A stretch of DNA of 63,447 bases, filler included, from Choristocarpus tenellus KU-1152 (GCA_964200185.2; 11 parts of 11 records of this genome joined end to end with filler, not necessarily neighbours in it), one strand, 5' to 3'; shown: positions 1 through 13,906, counted from the whole stretch's first letter. Numbers and translations are program-made. Notes: generated from the sequence alone by a model not told the origin.

Positions 1-809
1 GGTGAAAAACGGACGCCGGTACCCCCCCCCCAGATACGTTGACCCAGTATGTAATCAAACATAGTTGTCGCTGAGGGTATTAGGGTTAAAGTTGTTGGTA
101 TGAAGGAAGGGAAAAGGGTCAGGTTTTGTTTTTGGCTTAGTGTAACGCATCTTTCATGTAATGTGTGGACGGATTCTGGACGTGTGTACGAATGGTTATT
201 GGTCAAGGTCTATAGTCGTACGTTTCTCTGAAAGTACCTCAAGATACACTTCCAGAGGTCCTGGGTTGGTGCTGTGCTTAGGAGCATCGTGCATGGACTT
301 CGGTGTCTGATCCTCCAAGATTCGAGAAGGAAGACGAGATCGGTTCTAGTTTGTTGACACTTGGACAAAGCATGAGATGGTGCATAGAGTATTGAGAAGC
401 AGGGGGGAGATGCGTTATAGTGTTCAAGGAATAATTAGCGGCTTTGAAAAGGACAGGGTATCCATCGCAGGCCTTGGCGAATTGTTTTGGAAGGGTTAGC
501 TGAGAAGATGGAGAAGAGTTGTTTAATTGATGTTTTATATTTTAGTAGTCTAAGCCTTGTATTGGACGCGTTCTTTTAAACAAATGATAACACAGGTCTA
601 ATCCTCAACATGAGCATGGTATATGATACGCTGACGACTCTGACTGGTAGCAATGTATCCGATATCACTGTCTAAATGCATAACTCATGGAATGGAAAGT
701 GCATGAACATGGTAGTCGGACACCAAGGCAAGGTACACTGATGCATAAATCATTGTACCTGTATGTAAATCGATCCGTACTTCAACAAAAAACTGAAATG
801 ACTGAGCCT

Positions 810-2587
810 CTATTCCAATTGGTGGGCGGACTCGAAGTTGCATTCGTCATCCTTCTCCCACCACACTGCAAGCTTAGGGTATGCCTCGACAAGGAGGTGC
901 CATAGATTTCGGCGTGTAGAGTACCTGCTATTCGAAGGTTTGGGCTTCACGAGGCTCGAGAAGATGGCCTTCCTCGCATGGAGTGCTTCCACATGCTCGG
1001 GACGCAATGTGTTGCCTGGCTTCCCTCCACGATCGCCGAGTTGAACCTGTGTGGGCTCGTGGACGTAGCATTCATCTCCGAAAACAAGAGAAACGGCTCC
1101 TTTTCCGGTCGTGATGAGCCTGAACCCATGGTCGTATATGAGTTGGGTAAGGATTTGAGTCTGCACTCGATACTGCGAAGAGCAGGTCTCGTTGCTGATC
1201 GTAGGAGCTTGGTAACGCACGCCTCCATTAAGGCTTCGGTGATCCCCACATTGGATGCATTGCCGGCGTCGGCAGCGTCCATCCAGTGTGACGCAATCGC
1301 CATCACCATGTGATGACCTCTTGTCGTCATTGTTGCACCTCAAGGTAGATGGAGACGGATTTACCGTGTATCTACCCTTTTTGGCAGAAGCGAAGACGTC
1401 TGCGAAGAAGCCAGGTTCTAAAGCGTTGCCATCAGGACCACAAGGCTGTTTGAAGGGTCTCATCCGTCCAGCACCTCTCTCCCTCTTCTTCCTTATTATT
1501 ATTATTATTATCGTCCGTTTCCCCTTTTCTTTACCCTTCTCGGAAGGCTTGTCCCTCGGTGTTGGGGTAGGATTGGCATGGACGTAGTTCTCACTTCGCC
1601 TCACAGTATGCTTGTAGGTGTTCCCTGGCACTTGGGACTCGTCGCCGCTGCTGCTCACCAAATGGGCGTTTGGGGACATTCCGAGGTTACTCCTGACAGG
1701 CACGGACTCTGAGTCCGTGCCTAGCCGACGACCTGCGTCCTCCTGTACAAGTTCCTCTGGACCTGACAAAGCGTCACAATCAGGTCGGTCCCCATCGCCT
1801 TCAGAGTCTTCTCTCTCAACCTCTTCTTCTCAATTATCGTCCTTTTCCTCTTTCCGTTACCTTTCACGGAAGGCTTGTCCCTCGGTGTTGTGGTTGGATG
1901 GGCATGGGCGTGGTTCTCACTTCGCCCCACAGTATCGTTGTAGGTGTTCCCTGGCACCTTGGACTCGTCGCCGCCGCTGCCCACCGAATGGGCGTTTGGG
2001 GACATACATGGGTCACTCCTGACAGGCGTGGACTCTAAGTCCCTACCTAGCCGCCCCCTCACGTCCTCCTGTGCAAGTTCCTCTGGACCTGACAAAGCCT
2101 TACAAACGGATCAGTCCCCATCGCCTTCATAGTCATGTTCCGAGGGTGTGGTTGTATGTCTTCCTCCTTGTTGAGTCCTGCTTCCCGTACCTACTGCAGG
2201 GCTAGGCAATGGGTTGTCCTGTTCCTCTTCATCACCTGGTGGGTTGGGTCTTCCACAAGGTATAGGTGTGGATACGCCACCAGCTACCGGTGTCTTCACC
2301 AGTGCAAAGTTACGGAAGGTGGAGAGTTCATCCATGAGGAGTTGGATACGATCCGGATCGAGGTTGTCCCCGAGGGCGGTGCATACGATTACGATGTCTC
2401 CTGGTCGGGTCTGGAGAAGGGCGACTTCTCTCTCGTGAGTGGTGCTCGTTTCGGACTTGAACTTGTCAAGGTCGTGCTCGGACGTGGCGTTTGTCTCAGG
2501 CGTGATCACAATGTTTGTCACTCGTGTTATCTCTGTGATGGTGGAGAGGAGTAGGCAAAGGACGTGGCGAAGTACGAGGCAAAACAA
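810..2587 (-). pseudogene. Decayed intronless ORF of unknown function (possibly mobile-element-derived) with an internal 326-bp duplication
   Basis: ORFs 2111-2587 and 1721-2095 are in one frame, separated by a single TGA (2111-2113) that is CGA in the duplicated copy. A frameshift leads into ORF 810-1769, which has a Cys cluster (CRRRQCIQCGDH). No family recognised. Confidence 0.45.
1505..2130. repeat. Diverged tandem duplication, period about 326 bp, 2 copies
   Basis: The SGPEEL...PRDKPS peptide is encoded twice, starting at 2095 and 1769 (offset 326). Confidence 0.9.
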
Positions 2588-3150
2588 TGGGAAGAGAGGT
2601 TAGCGTTAGGAGGCAAGGGATGAGGTAGAGGTTGGTGAGAAGGAGTAAGTGAGGCAGGATACAGAGGAGGAGGCAGAGGCTGAGGAACGGACGGATGGAT
2701 TACAGTACGTATGGCTCGTTAAAATTGGGCGGATTATTCGAGCCCATAAATCAGGAAGACAAGTAGGGCTTGCAACATAGGGTGAAGAGGATGCGTATAG
2801 GACTATAGTACATGAATCGCGACATAATTCCCCTTCTTTTGCCGGGTTCTGTCGATCGGTACAACACAGCGAAAGTACGAATCAATCTGTTTGACGAGCA
2901 ACTTCGCAATGTTAAAACATAGGCTACTCATTTGTTTTTTGTTTATATGATACACAGACTACCAGCTTGTACTGACTTTTGATTGGTGCACTGCACTGGT
3001 TGTTAGTGTTCATTTATTTATTGCGCATTCCAACTTCATCACATCGATGACAGTAGATAGAAGTATAGCATCAGTTGATATTCAGTTGATCCACATCACA
3101 CACAGGAACATCATAGCACACGTCATCCAAGTTACTTCGGAACTTGCATC

Positions 3151-3250
3151 NNNNNNNNNNNNNNNNNNNNNNNNNNNNNNNNNNNNNNNNNNNNTTAATT
3201 AATTAANNNNNNNNNNNNNNNNNNNNNNNNNNNNNNNNNNNNNNNNNNNN
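3151..3250. other. Artificial contig linker N44-TTAATTAATTAA-N44 (first of ten)
   Basis: The same 100-bp linker with six-frame stops recurs at 15190-15289, 18985-19084, 22540-22639, 25668-25767, 43363-43462, 46044-46143, 49196-49295, 55588-55687 and 60022-60121. Confidence 0.98.
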
Positions 3251-3264
3251 TTTGGGGCGTTGTA

Positions 3265-3336
<72 letters not shown>

Positions 3337-3772
3337 TAGAGAGGAGACAAGAGTAGTCAATCAAGAGGAAGAAGGGAAGGGAGGGGAGGTAGTAGAAGGG
3401 AGAGCAAGGACGAGCGAAGGGAATCTTATGGGTGACAGGCATGACAGGAGGGTAAGAAAAATGGTGGGTATAGTTTTGTCATTTAGTCGTCTCTCGTACA
3501 GTGCACTAGAGGGACTTTTGAGAGTCAAGACGAAGGCCAAAAACAGACAGCAATACTATAGAACACGCCATCAAACATGACACGCCCTAAAGAAATCAAA
3601 CACTCACGGACCGCCTCAGCAGTTTCATTTCATCTTCAAAACAGTCCGTCGGGTAAATCACACATTTTGATACCTTCTCCACCCACATCCCATCCCCCCG
3701 CCCCCCGCCCCCCGCCCCCAACCTCCTCGCCACTCTCAATCAATCAATCACACCCACACACCCACAAAACAC

Positions 3773-6700
3773 CTTAGAGAAGAGGAACTGGAAGCACTCC
3801 TGAACCATGGCAGGCTCCAGCTGACGTCGACCCCCCTCCACCTCTCTCTGCATCTTCCCCCACCCTACAAGCGTATCCCTCGTAGCATCATTCCGGATGG
3901 GTGCCTCCAGCTCCAGAATACGCTCTCCAGCAAACGCCACCATGCGAAAGAACGAACCCACGTCAAACGCCCCGTGCTGCATCATCTGAGCCAGGAGCTC
4001 CACATCCATTGCCTCATGTGTCTCTGCAGCTAGGTCCCGTCTCCGTGGTGTCAGTCCCACAATGCGATCCCGGAGCTCGCTGATCAGTCCCAGTAGTGGT
4101 GTGTGATCCCCTGCTGCCACTTGGGCCTCCACACCTTTCCAGAAGTCAGGCTCGTCAACGTTAGTACCATTCCCACCGTTCCTAGAGTTGGAGGGGTTTC
4201 CTGACCGGAGAAGGTCGTTGTCCTCTGCCTCCTCCATGGTCACTGTGAGAACGTCATCACTGATCATCACCTGGCGTGTACGTGTGTGAGTGGAACCGTG
4301 CTCATGTGAGTGGAACAAGCACTGATATCAATGCGTGTCGTTGGGTCGTGGGTGTAAAGCGCAGCGCACAAGGGGCAAGACACACATAACAGGTCACGTG
4401 GCAAACAGCAAACTCTCACCCCAGCTGTTCGCACTTTTGACAGGATTTTTTCCACAAGCGGATGTGCAATTCTGAGTACGCGACTCTTTGCCTGTAAGAC
4501 ACTACGGCATTTAAAAAACACTGATTCTGTGCACTTCATTCCTTATGGAGACCCTCGGTACACCAGGTATCCCCTGCACCCTGTAGCATTGCAAGTCCCT
4601 TGGCTATGGGACGGACCATAGTAGTTGTTTGTTCATGCAACAAATCAAGCAAAGGGACTTACAAACTCCATGTAAAAGATTACTACGACATGTACTCACT
4701 AGAAAATGTGAAAGTCCAGCGGTTCTCAGCACCACTTGTCCGGGTATTTGTGAGATTGGATACAAGTATTGAATACTGTTTAATACACAGTGCTTACTAC
4801 TATTCAAATGTCTGTCTGTCTGTCTGTCTGTCCGTGTGCATACCAAGAATCATGAGTTCGTATAGTAAGGATTCCTGAACAAGGACAAGTGCAACCAAGA
4901 GTACAGCAACAGGGACAGTGCACTTGCCGTTGCAAGCCACCACTGCACCATGCACATCTCAGGCGGGTGAGTAGTCAACAGCACCAACACCAGCACAGAT
5001 ATGCAACAGCAACACATAAAAATGGATTGACCGTTTTGTAATTGCTCCACACACAACGTGGCTATCAACATTCCAATTATGATTTTTGTCAATATTTATC
5101 TTGGTTACAACAAAAAAAAAGAGTAGCCTCCCCCCCCCCCCCTTCTATTTCCTCACGGCCCCACAACATGACGTCCTGCACCACAAAAACAAAAGATATC
5201 TTGCATGTGTACCCCTTCAACCCTTCACCAACACACGAGATCTCCCCACCCATATCCCTTTCCTTGCTGCCTTTCATCAGTGTCTGGTACACCGGCTCAC
5301 CAACCTGTCGCACCTGTCATCAACCTCTCCATCAAGTACAATATTATGCTTCAAAGCACATTCTTACACGTACACAAAACAATTCAAAGGGATAAGCGAT
5401 CCTAGACTCTGGTCCGTTTCAGACTCACACTCACTTCAGTTGTATTTTGTAAGTGGTTCCATGGGGTTAGGGGTGGCTTGCTACACACAGTTTTTCATAG
5501 GCAACCTTGTGGTAGTGGATGCCCTCGTCGACAACACCACTAGGCCTACTACCTTACATCTTATGTTGCCTTGTATAGCTGGGGGGGGGGAAGGTTTTGA
5601 GGGATAACTGAAGATATTAACCAAACACACTGGCTATGTATTCAGCTGATGTGGTGTGATCCTTTATGCCAAGGATATGCTGAAGTATCCATTAGTGTAG
5701 GACTGCAAACATCATATTTGGTCAATCTCAAAATGGACACCAATACCACAATTTCAAACTTTGCACAAAAAAAGAGCATTCAAACAAAATTTGCTATGAT
5801 ACACCAAGTACCTTCTTTGGAGTAATAATACAACAAAATTCCTCAAGTTTGGAGGGGAGATCAATAACACAATTTCAAATATTGCACACTAACTAAGGAA
5901 GTGTATACTCCAAAAATCGACAAACACAAAACAATAAAAATAGTCCATTCCAAGTTAACTGTTCCCCCCTCCACCTCCTCCACAAAGCCATGCCCCCCTA
6001 CAACTAGCAACAACCTTGCCCTAAACTAGCTCACCAAACCCCGATATCCCCCCACACCCACCTCATGGACAAGCCACTCGTTGCCAAGGAGATCCCCAGC
6101 TGACAATGGCCGTGACGGACCTGCAATATCATCCTGATTCCCAGTCACAGCAGCTGTTGGACTCGGAGCCTGCTTTGCGCCTGTTGAGCCCACTGCCGAC
6201 ACTACCCCAACAGACCCACCTGCTGATGCCTCTGGGAGAAGACTTGCACCATCAATAATCCCACCTCCAGCAGTTAGGATACCTTCCTCTCTGTCGCCCC
6301 CAAGCATGCCCTGTTCCTGAAGGAAGTTATCCTCCTCCTCTACCTCATCGGCATGAAGGCGCTCTATGGCACAATCCGTGGCCTCATTCATCCGCCTCAT
6401 CGCCTGGTCCCGCCCTACCAGCTTCTCTAGGGCATTCATCATCTTTGCAAGTTGACGCTGTGTCCCCTCTTTGATCTGAGGAACGATACGGGAGGTTGGA
6501 ATCAATGGGGATGGACATCCCATCGGGCAAGCAGGCAGCGGGCAGAAAGGGGGCGATGAGGCAGGCAGGTAGAGTGATTGGATTGTCGCTTCCTATCTTT
6601 ATAGGCCAAAAGATCTTTGGTAACAGACAATACTCTCCCACATTACTCACTCAATTCCCTCACCCTTATCCCACTAAAAAAAACACACATCTCCCAACCC

Positions 6701-8516
6701 ACCTCCCCAACCTGAATCCGATCCTCTTAAAAAAACACAACCTACAGGCACACAGACCTGGTCATATCCCGTCGAGAAAAGCGCCCCGTCATCATCCGAG
6801 TCCTTGAAGCTGTATCGCACCGCCGCCACCCTCAGGTCCCGCTCTGCCCGCAGCTGCATCAGCAGGATATCCACTGAGGCCGCCGTAAGCTCATCTGAGA
6901 GCCGCTGGGCATCCTTGTGCTTCCACTCCGCAAAGCAACGGCAAAACACCACGCGAGCTCGCACCATCACCCCACTGGCTCGCCTCAGACGTCGAAACTG
7001 TGAAGGTCCAAGGGTGCAGGAGCCACCTCCACCCGCAGAAAAGGATGAGTTCACCGCGGCCTCAAGCTGCAGGAGGGCATGAACCGCATTGCCGGACGCA
7101 CGGATGAGGCGGTCTTTCTCCAGCTGCAGTGGGGCAGTACCCTCTGGGGAGGAGGAAAGAGCACCCTCATCGTCAAGGGACGAAGTAGGGTAAAAGTTAA
7201 CGAGGAAGGATGACAGGAAAGCCCGTGCTGTTCGCACGGTGTGCGGGACGCACCTCATCTCCCGACCCATGCGCAAAGCCTTCAGCGCAGCCTCGCAGCG
7301 GCTGACCGTTGCCCGCGAGGACATGATCTCAATCGCCTCGTCAAATGTTGCTGTGCTCATTGCGCGCAACGCATCGCACAGTGCGTTTACCGAGGGGCGC
7401 GCAGCCATCAGAGCATTCACCACCTTTAGCGGGTGCAGATTGCGGCGAAGGAATGACTGAATGGCTAATGCTGCACGGTGGCTAGGCTCAGATCCTGGAT
7501 GCAACTCAAAGCTCACAGGCTTGACTCCCACCCTTGCCTCTCCCTCAACCTCCCTCTCACACCTGTCATAGGGTGATGCGCTCATGGATTCCACTGATCC
7601 CCGTCCCCTTCCTCCTGCTCTGCACTGTTCCACACCACATTCCATCCCCACATTTAAAGACAGACCCTGCTGTGTGCTCCACTCTTGTGAGGCCAACCCT
7701 GACCCTATGTGGGGTGAGCTTGCTGAACCCTCTGGTACCTCTTGTACCTCATCTTCGGGTGATGTTGTCCCAATATTCAGATCCCCAATATGAAAGCTTC
7801 GGCCAGTGCTAACACAGCGCCACCACTCCTGAATCAGGCACGAAGCATACACCCGCGCCTTCCGTTCCTCCGCCCGTGAAGATCGTGAGCGCATACGACG
7901 CCGAAGAGATCGCATGCGCTGTGCCTGACGGGCCTTGGCTTCCTGCCGAGCGTCTGACATGCGCCTCCTCCCTCGCTGATGCAGCTGCTGCTGCTGCCCC
8001 CCGGCAACCCTGAGTGACACTGGATCCCCACCACCAACTTCCCCACCCATGATGCCGCCCCCATCACCCAAGCACCCCTGCTGGAGTGCACGGGCTTTCC
8101 CCTCCTCATAGCGCTCCACACTCCTGCGCCTGCGCTCCCTGCGTAAGAACTCACGGTTTCGCTCAGCCTTAGCCAGCTTGAAGGCAATCTCGTCCAAGCC
8201 CTTTGTTCGAGCTGGGCTGAAACCACAGCCCTGATCAAAGGATTCCCGGCGCTTCTGATTTACACGTCGATTGTGAAGAGCACGTGCTTTCTTGATATTT
8301 TCAAGGCTGGTGCGCCGCCTTTCAGGTAGGTGGAACAGATGTCCCACATGGGGGGGGGCGGGGGGCGGGGGGGGGGGGGGGGGCCCGGGGGGGGGGGAAA
8401 GAGGGGGGGGGGGGGGCCGTAAAAGCCCCTCCCNNNNNNNNNNGGGGTGGGTGTGGTGTGGGTTGTTTGGGGGGGGGGGGGGGGGGGCCGGTTGGGGGGG
8501 GTGGGGGGGGGGGGGG

Positions 8517-8557
<41 letters not shown>

Positions 8558-9557
8558 CCACAGGTAGGCGGAAAAGATTGGGAGGTGGGTGCTGTATAAG
8601 CACTTCCCTGGGAGATAAAATAGATATTAACTGCAGGGATTGAAATGAGCTTTTCCTTATATACATCTGAGGACTCCCGCACGAAATGCTCCTTTCAATA
8701 GAGTTGGAACGAGAAACCAAGGCTGGTCAAAGATAGAGAATTTCTATCGTAACAAGGACTCAGTGAGCTGAGGAATCTAATGTCCAGGCACGTGTATTCC
8801 GGTATCCGACATTTTTATAACGAATACAACGTAGTATGATAGATGGTTGTCCCATGAGGTACACAATTTCAAAAAAACGCGCCTAGAAGTATCATCACCT
8901 CCGAGTTGCTGATGTCTGCCTTTCCTCCTGGCGCTCCATTATTTCGCCCCTCTTCAACTCAAATTTTGTGTCAACAGCCCGACGGGCTTCACGAATTTTA
9001 CGAAGCTGTGTGAGGATGGCATAGGGATGGTCACGAATAGGATATCAATTTGTCAGCCACGAAGGACGTGAACAAAAAGGTAGGGTTTCAAAAGCGAACC
9101 GATAAGTACCCAATACATAAGCCTATCAGCTAATATATAAATGCAACAAAAGATATATATGTGACTGGGTATTGTACGCACTGCTCACCCTCTCAGCGAT
9201 GCTCTTCCGTCTTCGCTGCAGCTGAAACTCCCTGCTATAAACATGGGAAGGATACGGAGGTGTAGGTTACAGATAAATCTATTAGAAGTAGAGCACAGCT
9301 TACGATTCTACATGAATGATCGACTACCGATAGAGAATGAAAGGCCAAGTTCAATACAGTTAACAAAGTTCCAGGTAAGTAGCTTCGTACCTCTTCTTTT
9401 GAGCCCTCTCCTGCTTGAGCTCGAGGCGCTTGGACACTTTCTCCTGGACTTCCTCTTCTTCACAGTCCAGGCGCTGGGCCAATCTTTCTCGCAAATAGGA
9501 TTTACCTTCAAACCTTGTCTGGTCTGGATCTCCTTCACCTCTGAAGGGCGACTCCAT
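3773..9557 (-). CDS. T-complex protein 11 (TCP11) family protein with N-terminal coiled coil and IQ-like motifs; 3' end missing at the contig edge
   Basis: Phase-consistent GT-AG exons: 9557-9391, 9231-9189, 9005-8899, 8318-6758, 6475-6062, 4270-3773. TCP11-type motifs: RAFLSSFLVNFYP, FAEWKHKDAQRL, NEWLVHEVM, DFWKGV...LISELRDRI...MDVELLAQMM...LEAPIRN. IQ-like LIQEWWR and AIQSFLRR. Start codon uncertain. Confidence 0.85.
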
Positions 9558-11234
9558 CCCCCCCAATGAGGTCACGGGATCCTAGAGTCTTCAAACCAAG
9601 AATTTTAGCGAATAACGAGTATGACCACAATCCCAAGTACACCCTGAGAACACAAGGACAAAGATGTCAACAATACCAGAGTGCCCTTTCTCTTCGTTCC
9701 TCAAGTACCAACAAACAGGGACCCCGACCTTTCCCCGTCGTAACACCAAGTGATCCTCTAGTGCCGATTCGAGTTGACCGCATTCCACCGGGTGTCTGAT
9801 AGAAATGATTGTACAGAATAATACGTATCGAGTTATTGTTTTTTCGGTTTTGGTGTTTTTGTTATTTTTCGATTCCCGAATATTAATAGAAGTCGGAAAT
9901 TTCGTAACCCAATAACTGATTTCAACCTTTCCAGTACAGATATGTAAACCACCACAACTTCAAAGTCGCAACGTCATTGATATTCAAAAAGACAATTCTT
10001 TGTCTTTTTCATATCGATATATATAGTGTTAAGAGTGTTAAGATTTTTTACGTTCGATATTCTTCACATCATTGTAAGAGGAGCTAGCTAGAGCAAAGTA
10101 ATAATGAGTGGAGGAGCGAGGGTGGTCTGACTCACAGAGTTCTGTGTTTCCTTCCTTCAAATATGCAACCAATTGCAGGTCCTCCTCACGTTAATGACAT
10201 GCTTTCAAGTAACATTCAACTAAGATTGTTGCAGTTCTTCTACCCCTTACACTCCATATTGAAACAAAGTAAAACTAGAAAACTTGTCTTCCACAACGAT
10301 CATGAATTAGAAACTAAACGTGGCACCATTCACTGTTCACTATTAATCGTAATACTGTTAGTTATAATGGTGAGAGAGTTGGTTGTCACTGAACCACAAC
10401 AGAAACTAGATCGTAAGTTATAAGTTTGGACACATAAAACTCTTGCATTTGTATACATATATCTGAAAAAAAGCATGTGGAATCTTCGTAGGGGAGGTAG
10501 GTGTAATTTTCTGTACCTTTACGTACATGACCTCAGTCGTTGTGGAGATTTTCTGGTGAAGGAAATCTGATTATGTTGTAGGGACATTTTTTATGGATGA
10601 TATGGAAGCACAATGGAAAGATAGACGTGTCTGCATTCATATATATATAGTATGTGTTGTATAATATATATATATTTATTGAATCGAGGACTGAGTAGAA
10701 GTAAATGACCTAGGAAGCTTCTTGGAGGCCTGGGAGGAGTGGTGAAGGACATGGCAACAACTCACAGACCCCAAAGACACACCAGTTTCAAGATGGTGTT
10801 GAAGATGACTCCCAAGCAGATCAAACGTGTGATAATATTTGCCTTACTTGAGTTCTTTGACACTACCCTAGGAAGATGGAAGACTGTAGATATTACGCAT
10901 CCACAACGGATTGATCTGGCAGGTTACTGAGAGAGCAAGCACTCTAACAGAACGGTGCAAGTGATACTTTGAAGTGCTTCTCAATGACAAATCAGTCAAC
11001 CCAACCCCAATAGTACTGAAGACCTAACGACGCACATGCATGATGCCTTGCACACCATTGGGTGGAAGTGCTAATGTAATATGGGAAATGGGCAATTGGA
11101 ATGGATCCCGATAAGCTTCCAGCAGAGATCGTGAAACTTGACCCAAATGAGGACGAGATTGTGTTGGCTGTGTTGGACCAGGAAGACATATTGTAGGTTT
11201 ATAATGTCATCAAGGGAGTTGCATTATAAAACAA

Positions 11235-11418
11235 GGCTCAAAGTATCTCAGGGGGGGGGTGGAGAGGGTGTACACCAGGGTGTCCATGCGGGCCCTGACC
11301 AAGAGAAGTGAACTTACATTATCCATCCAGCACATGCAACCAAATCACCCAAAAATCGCGACATGGAAAAATGGGTCCAGAATGGACAGCGACCACCACC
11401 CCCCAGATATTTTGAGCC
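11235..11418. mobile_element. MITE, short family (184 bp), full length
   Basis: TIRs GGCTCAAAGTATCT...AGATATTTTGAGCC; flanking 4-bp direct repeat ACAA/ACAA. Confidence 0.9.
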
Positions 11419-11470
11419 ACAACCAGGTCAGAGTAGGAGCAGCAACAGGGATAAAGGGGGAGCACTTTTA

Positions 11471-11925
11471 GAGTCAAACCAATTGAGAAGTAGGCAGGTT
11501 TGGAGTCTTTGCATTCTGAGCCACCTTTCTTACACCGTGCAATAAACTCTATTTCACATCTTTAGATGACAGTGACGTACGCAAATTTTATATTCCCCCT
11601 TTCCACACACAAAGCGACAGCAAAATTCAGCGAAGGCTCTTCTACAATTGTATATAATGGCATCTCTTTGCCCTTTCTCGGGATCCTTAGAGTACAACCC
11701 TGCCTACCGTTCAATCGCATTTTGGCCCTTCCTGGGGTCTTTAAAAAGCAACCCTACCTACCTCTAATTTGGTTTGGCTCATTACAAGAATCTGACAGGC
11801 CCCTTCTTGCCCACCTGCCTGGTGTGTCTAGATTGAAAACACCTGACAAATCTCAAGAGAGAAACTTGTGCAGTGACAGACACTGTCCATCTTTCTCAAA
11901 CGGAGCTTGACAGCCTCAGTACACG
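11471..11925. repeat. Dispersed repeat family R, partial copy
   Basis: Colinear with about 12560-12955 (aggcaggtttgg...gcattct.agccacctttctt...aagaatctgacagg) and with 21865-22090. Confidence 0.8.
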
Positions 11926-12299
11926 TTTTCAGGAATCGAAGAGACCTTGCACCTCGCGAGAGAAGAATTTGGGACACAAGAACTACTATGTCACATCATT
12001 TTAGTTCAATATTTCCTATATTATGAACGAATGTGAACACTGAAGACAAAAATTAACCATTCGAAGTATAGTATTACAAACGTTTTACAGGCCTTCATGT
12101 ACGGAAGTATACTCATAGAGTTAAATTCTACTAGAAAAAATTGTTGTCTTCTTGGCATAATAAAAGAGTTGAAGAAATTCGAACTCATGAAATCGTCGTA
12201 CAGGTACCAAGAAAGGGGTCATGTAACTGAACTTACAAAATAAAAACCAAATGTCCCTAAGTTATGGACATAAACCAACCTGTACATTAGCATTGTATG

Positions 12300-13135
12300 G
12301 TGCATATTATTGTGGTTGTGACATTTTGCTCGTATGTCAGGGGAAATCCATAACAATATCGCAAGGAATGCTCCAAAAACAACAGCTGTCGTTAATACAA
12401 AAGATACCAACACATATTTACTACTCGGGGTATGTAAAAATAAGAATGCAACAATGCTCCCATATAAAGGTAACGAAACGGTATTGTGTAGACTGCTATG
12501 CTTCAAACCTACTTAGCCTAGCCCTACGAAGGTGGGCAAGGAGCTAGAGAAGCATCCAAGCCAAATCAATTAAGAGGTAGGCAGGTTTGGACCCTTTTGC
12601 ATTCTAAGCCACCTTTCTTATGCTGTGCAATACACTCTATTTCATAGCTTTATCTAAAAGATAGTGTACGCACTATTGATGTTCCCCCTTTCCACAAACA
12701 AAGCGACACCAAATTTCAGCAAAAGCTCTTTCTGTAGTTGTATGAAATGACGTAATTTCGCCATATACCGGATCATTAGAGTACAACCCTGCCTACCTCT
12801 AATTTGGTTTGACTCGTCACAAGAATCTGACAGGCTCCTTCTTGCCCACCACCTGCCGGATGTATCTACATTAAAACACCTGACACGTCTCCAGAGAGCC
12901 ACTTGTGTAGTGACAAACATTATCCACCTTCCTCAAACGGGACTTGACAGCCCCTTTCCTACAATATTCTTCTGCCCCTTTCCCTCCTACTACGTGGGTG
13001 GCTAACTCACCCAATAAACTTCTTGCTCTCCAAGGCACCCAAATTGTCCACAGCGAAGAAGGTGTCGAGATTAAAACTCCTGGGGTCAAAAGATCTCTCA
13101 TAGTGGGTGCACTTTCACACCACCAGCAGCTACAC
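12300..13135. repeat. Dispersed repeat family R, longest copy (probable decayed TE)
   Basis: Shares blocks with 11471-11925, 21865-22090, 46855-47312 and 49390-50055. The minus strand encodes a decayed CRFVCGKGEH motif resembling a zinc knuckle. Confidence 0.75.
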
Positions 13136-13456
13136 AATGGCAGGTGGATGAGTGAGGTAAATGAAAGGCTCCTTGAACTTCTGCAAAAATAAATTACATT
13201 CAGAAGGAGGCCTTTTGCCCTGTAGGGAGCTGAGCCAGCGTCTGATAGTAGTTCCAGTCCACTGGAAACAGGTTGCTATCCTCCATAGTGCAAAGGACGA
13301 CCATTTCTTTGCAGAGCTGGCCCAGGCGTTGCACCATTGGTGTGTACTGACATATACTAGTCCTCCTGTCCTAGGGCGGGTGTGGTCATGTCAGGTGTTG
13401 ACATTTGTGCCACCTCCTGTTCCCAGCCACCAGGCCCCTATTGGATAGTCTACTTT

Positions 13457-13725
13457 GACCAAAAACATTTAAGAGGGTAGGAGTTTTGCCCTGTTTGTCC
13501 GTTCGGGGCTTGGCTTCCCAAGGGTTTTTGTAACATTTTTCGGTTTTCTGTGTAAACACAGAAACTTTTCGGAGTAGGTAAAATTTATACAACTATGAAA
13601 GGTATGTCCAGAGTAAGTATATTGACACTTACTAACAAACACGATAGCCAAAGTTCATCAAAATTACAACATTGGATTTGTGACCCCGAATGGATGTGGC
13701 CCTACCCCCTTAAATGCTTTGACTC
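13457..13725. mobile_element. MITE, long family, degenerate copy
   Basis: Colinear with 27499-27756; TIRs and TSD are eroded. Confidence 0.8.
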
Positions 13726-13782
13726 TTTCTTAGAGTTCTGCTGGCGGCAAGTGCATACTCAACAGGAGGAATCTTGAATGAT

Positions 13783-13906
13783 GGCTTAAGGAGTTGTGTG
13801 GAGGCCCATGTATGGGGCCACTGTTCATACTGACTCTGGTGGAGGCTTAAGGAGTTGTGTGGAGGCCCATGTATGGGGCCACTGTCCATACTGACTCTGG
13901 TGGAGG
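13783..13906. repeat. Tandem repeat, 61 bp x 2
   Basis: ggcttaaggagttgtgtggaggcccatgtatggggccactg occurs at 13783 and 13844. Confidence 0.9.

Noticed and set aside
8260-8720. Poly-Pro/poly-Gly ORFs (also 3203-3442 and 38950-39183)
   Set aside because: Translations of intronic poly-G tracts, partly around an N gap; tract length and content are unreliable.
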